From positions 1 through 64,000 of the forward strand of contig CAVPCT010000009.1 in the NCBI GenBank assembly GCA_963702475.1: DNA of 64,000 bases, written 5' to 3'. The stretch is from an uncultured Thermoleophilia bacterium (GTDB lineage Bacteria > Actinomycetota > Thermoleophilia > UBA2241). The translations under genes were made by a program, and so were the position numbers. The notes beneath the pieces were generated by a model. That model searched no databases and was not told where the DNA came from. It was given only the letters and a program-made list of their open reading frames with translations. Shown here piece after piece: positions 63,606 to 64,000 of this stretch (the stretch's first letter is position 1; every line of letters starts with the position of its first letter).

Positions 63606-64000
63606 GTGTTCACCGGCATCGTCGAGGAGGTCGGCACGCTGCGCTCCTTGCGCGTCGGCGACAAGAGCGCCGCGCTGGAGATCTCGGCGAACGTCGTCAC
63701 GCAGGAGCTTGCGGTCGGCGACAGCGTGCTCACCGACGGCGTGTGCCTCACGGTCACGGCCGTGCGGCCGGCCGGTTTCACCGCCGACGTCATGCCCGAG
63801 ACGGTGCGCCGCACCACGCTGTCGGACCGCCGCCCCGGCGACCGCCTTAATCTCGAGCGTGCGCTCACGCTGCGCTCGCGCCTGGGCGGCCACCTCGTCA
63901 GTGGCCACGTGGACGGTGTCGGCGCCGTCGTCTCGGTGAAGCCCGAGGACAACGCCCTCGTGGTCGCCGTCGACGCTCCTGCCGCCGTCGCCGACGTGAG
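63606..64000 (+). CDS. ribE: Riboflavin synthase alpha chain, 3'-truncated by window edge
   Basis: MFTGIVEEVG, GDSV..DGVCLTV, ETVRRT, NLERAL..GGHLVSGHVDG. Confidence 0.93.
   Translation, partial: MFTGIVEEVGTLRSLRVGDKSAALEISANVVTQELAVGDSVLTDGVCLTVTAVRPAGFTADVMPETVRRTTLSDRRPGDRLNLERALTLRSRLGGHLVSGHVDGVGAVVSVKPEDNALVVAVDAPAAVADV

Overview
High-GC bacterial chromosome segment. Gene content and order (proBA-nadD-yqeK-rsfS, pdxST-yebC-ruvCAB, parA-scpAB-rluB-cmk-der, metK-priA-def-fmt-rsmB-rpe-ribDE), a Gram-positive LexA box and several probably leaderless genes suggest a deep-branching, probably anaerobic actinomycete such as Thermoleophilia (inference). Region 1-13 kb is an accessory anaerobic catabolic cluster: two tandem pyrogallol-phloroglucinol transhydroxylase-like molybdoenzyme alpha subunits, one Fe-S beta subunit, a Cys-less HMG-CoA-synthase-like/DUF35 fusion, an SCP2-type thiolase, a MarR regulator and a TRAP transporter. 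Region 13-21 kb is a V/A-type ATPase operon on the minus strand with a Na+-type K subunit. The rest is mostly housekeeping genes, plus dinB with an SOS box, an EF-G paralog with altered GTPase motifs, a decayed toxin-antitoxin locus, an M6 metalloprotease and an FMN riboswitch. Many genes carry single-base frameshifts, including normally essential der and metK, so most are probably long-read consensus errors. The three most notable observations are: (1) a parA-ftsZ-scpA unit outside the dcw cluster, in which FtsZ carries an N-terminal peptide resembling ParA-partner peptides; (2) the double transhydroxylase plus PhlABC-like module; (3) a 23-bp operator shared by the marR promoter and the V-ATPase promoter.
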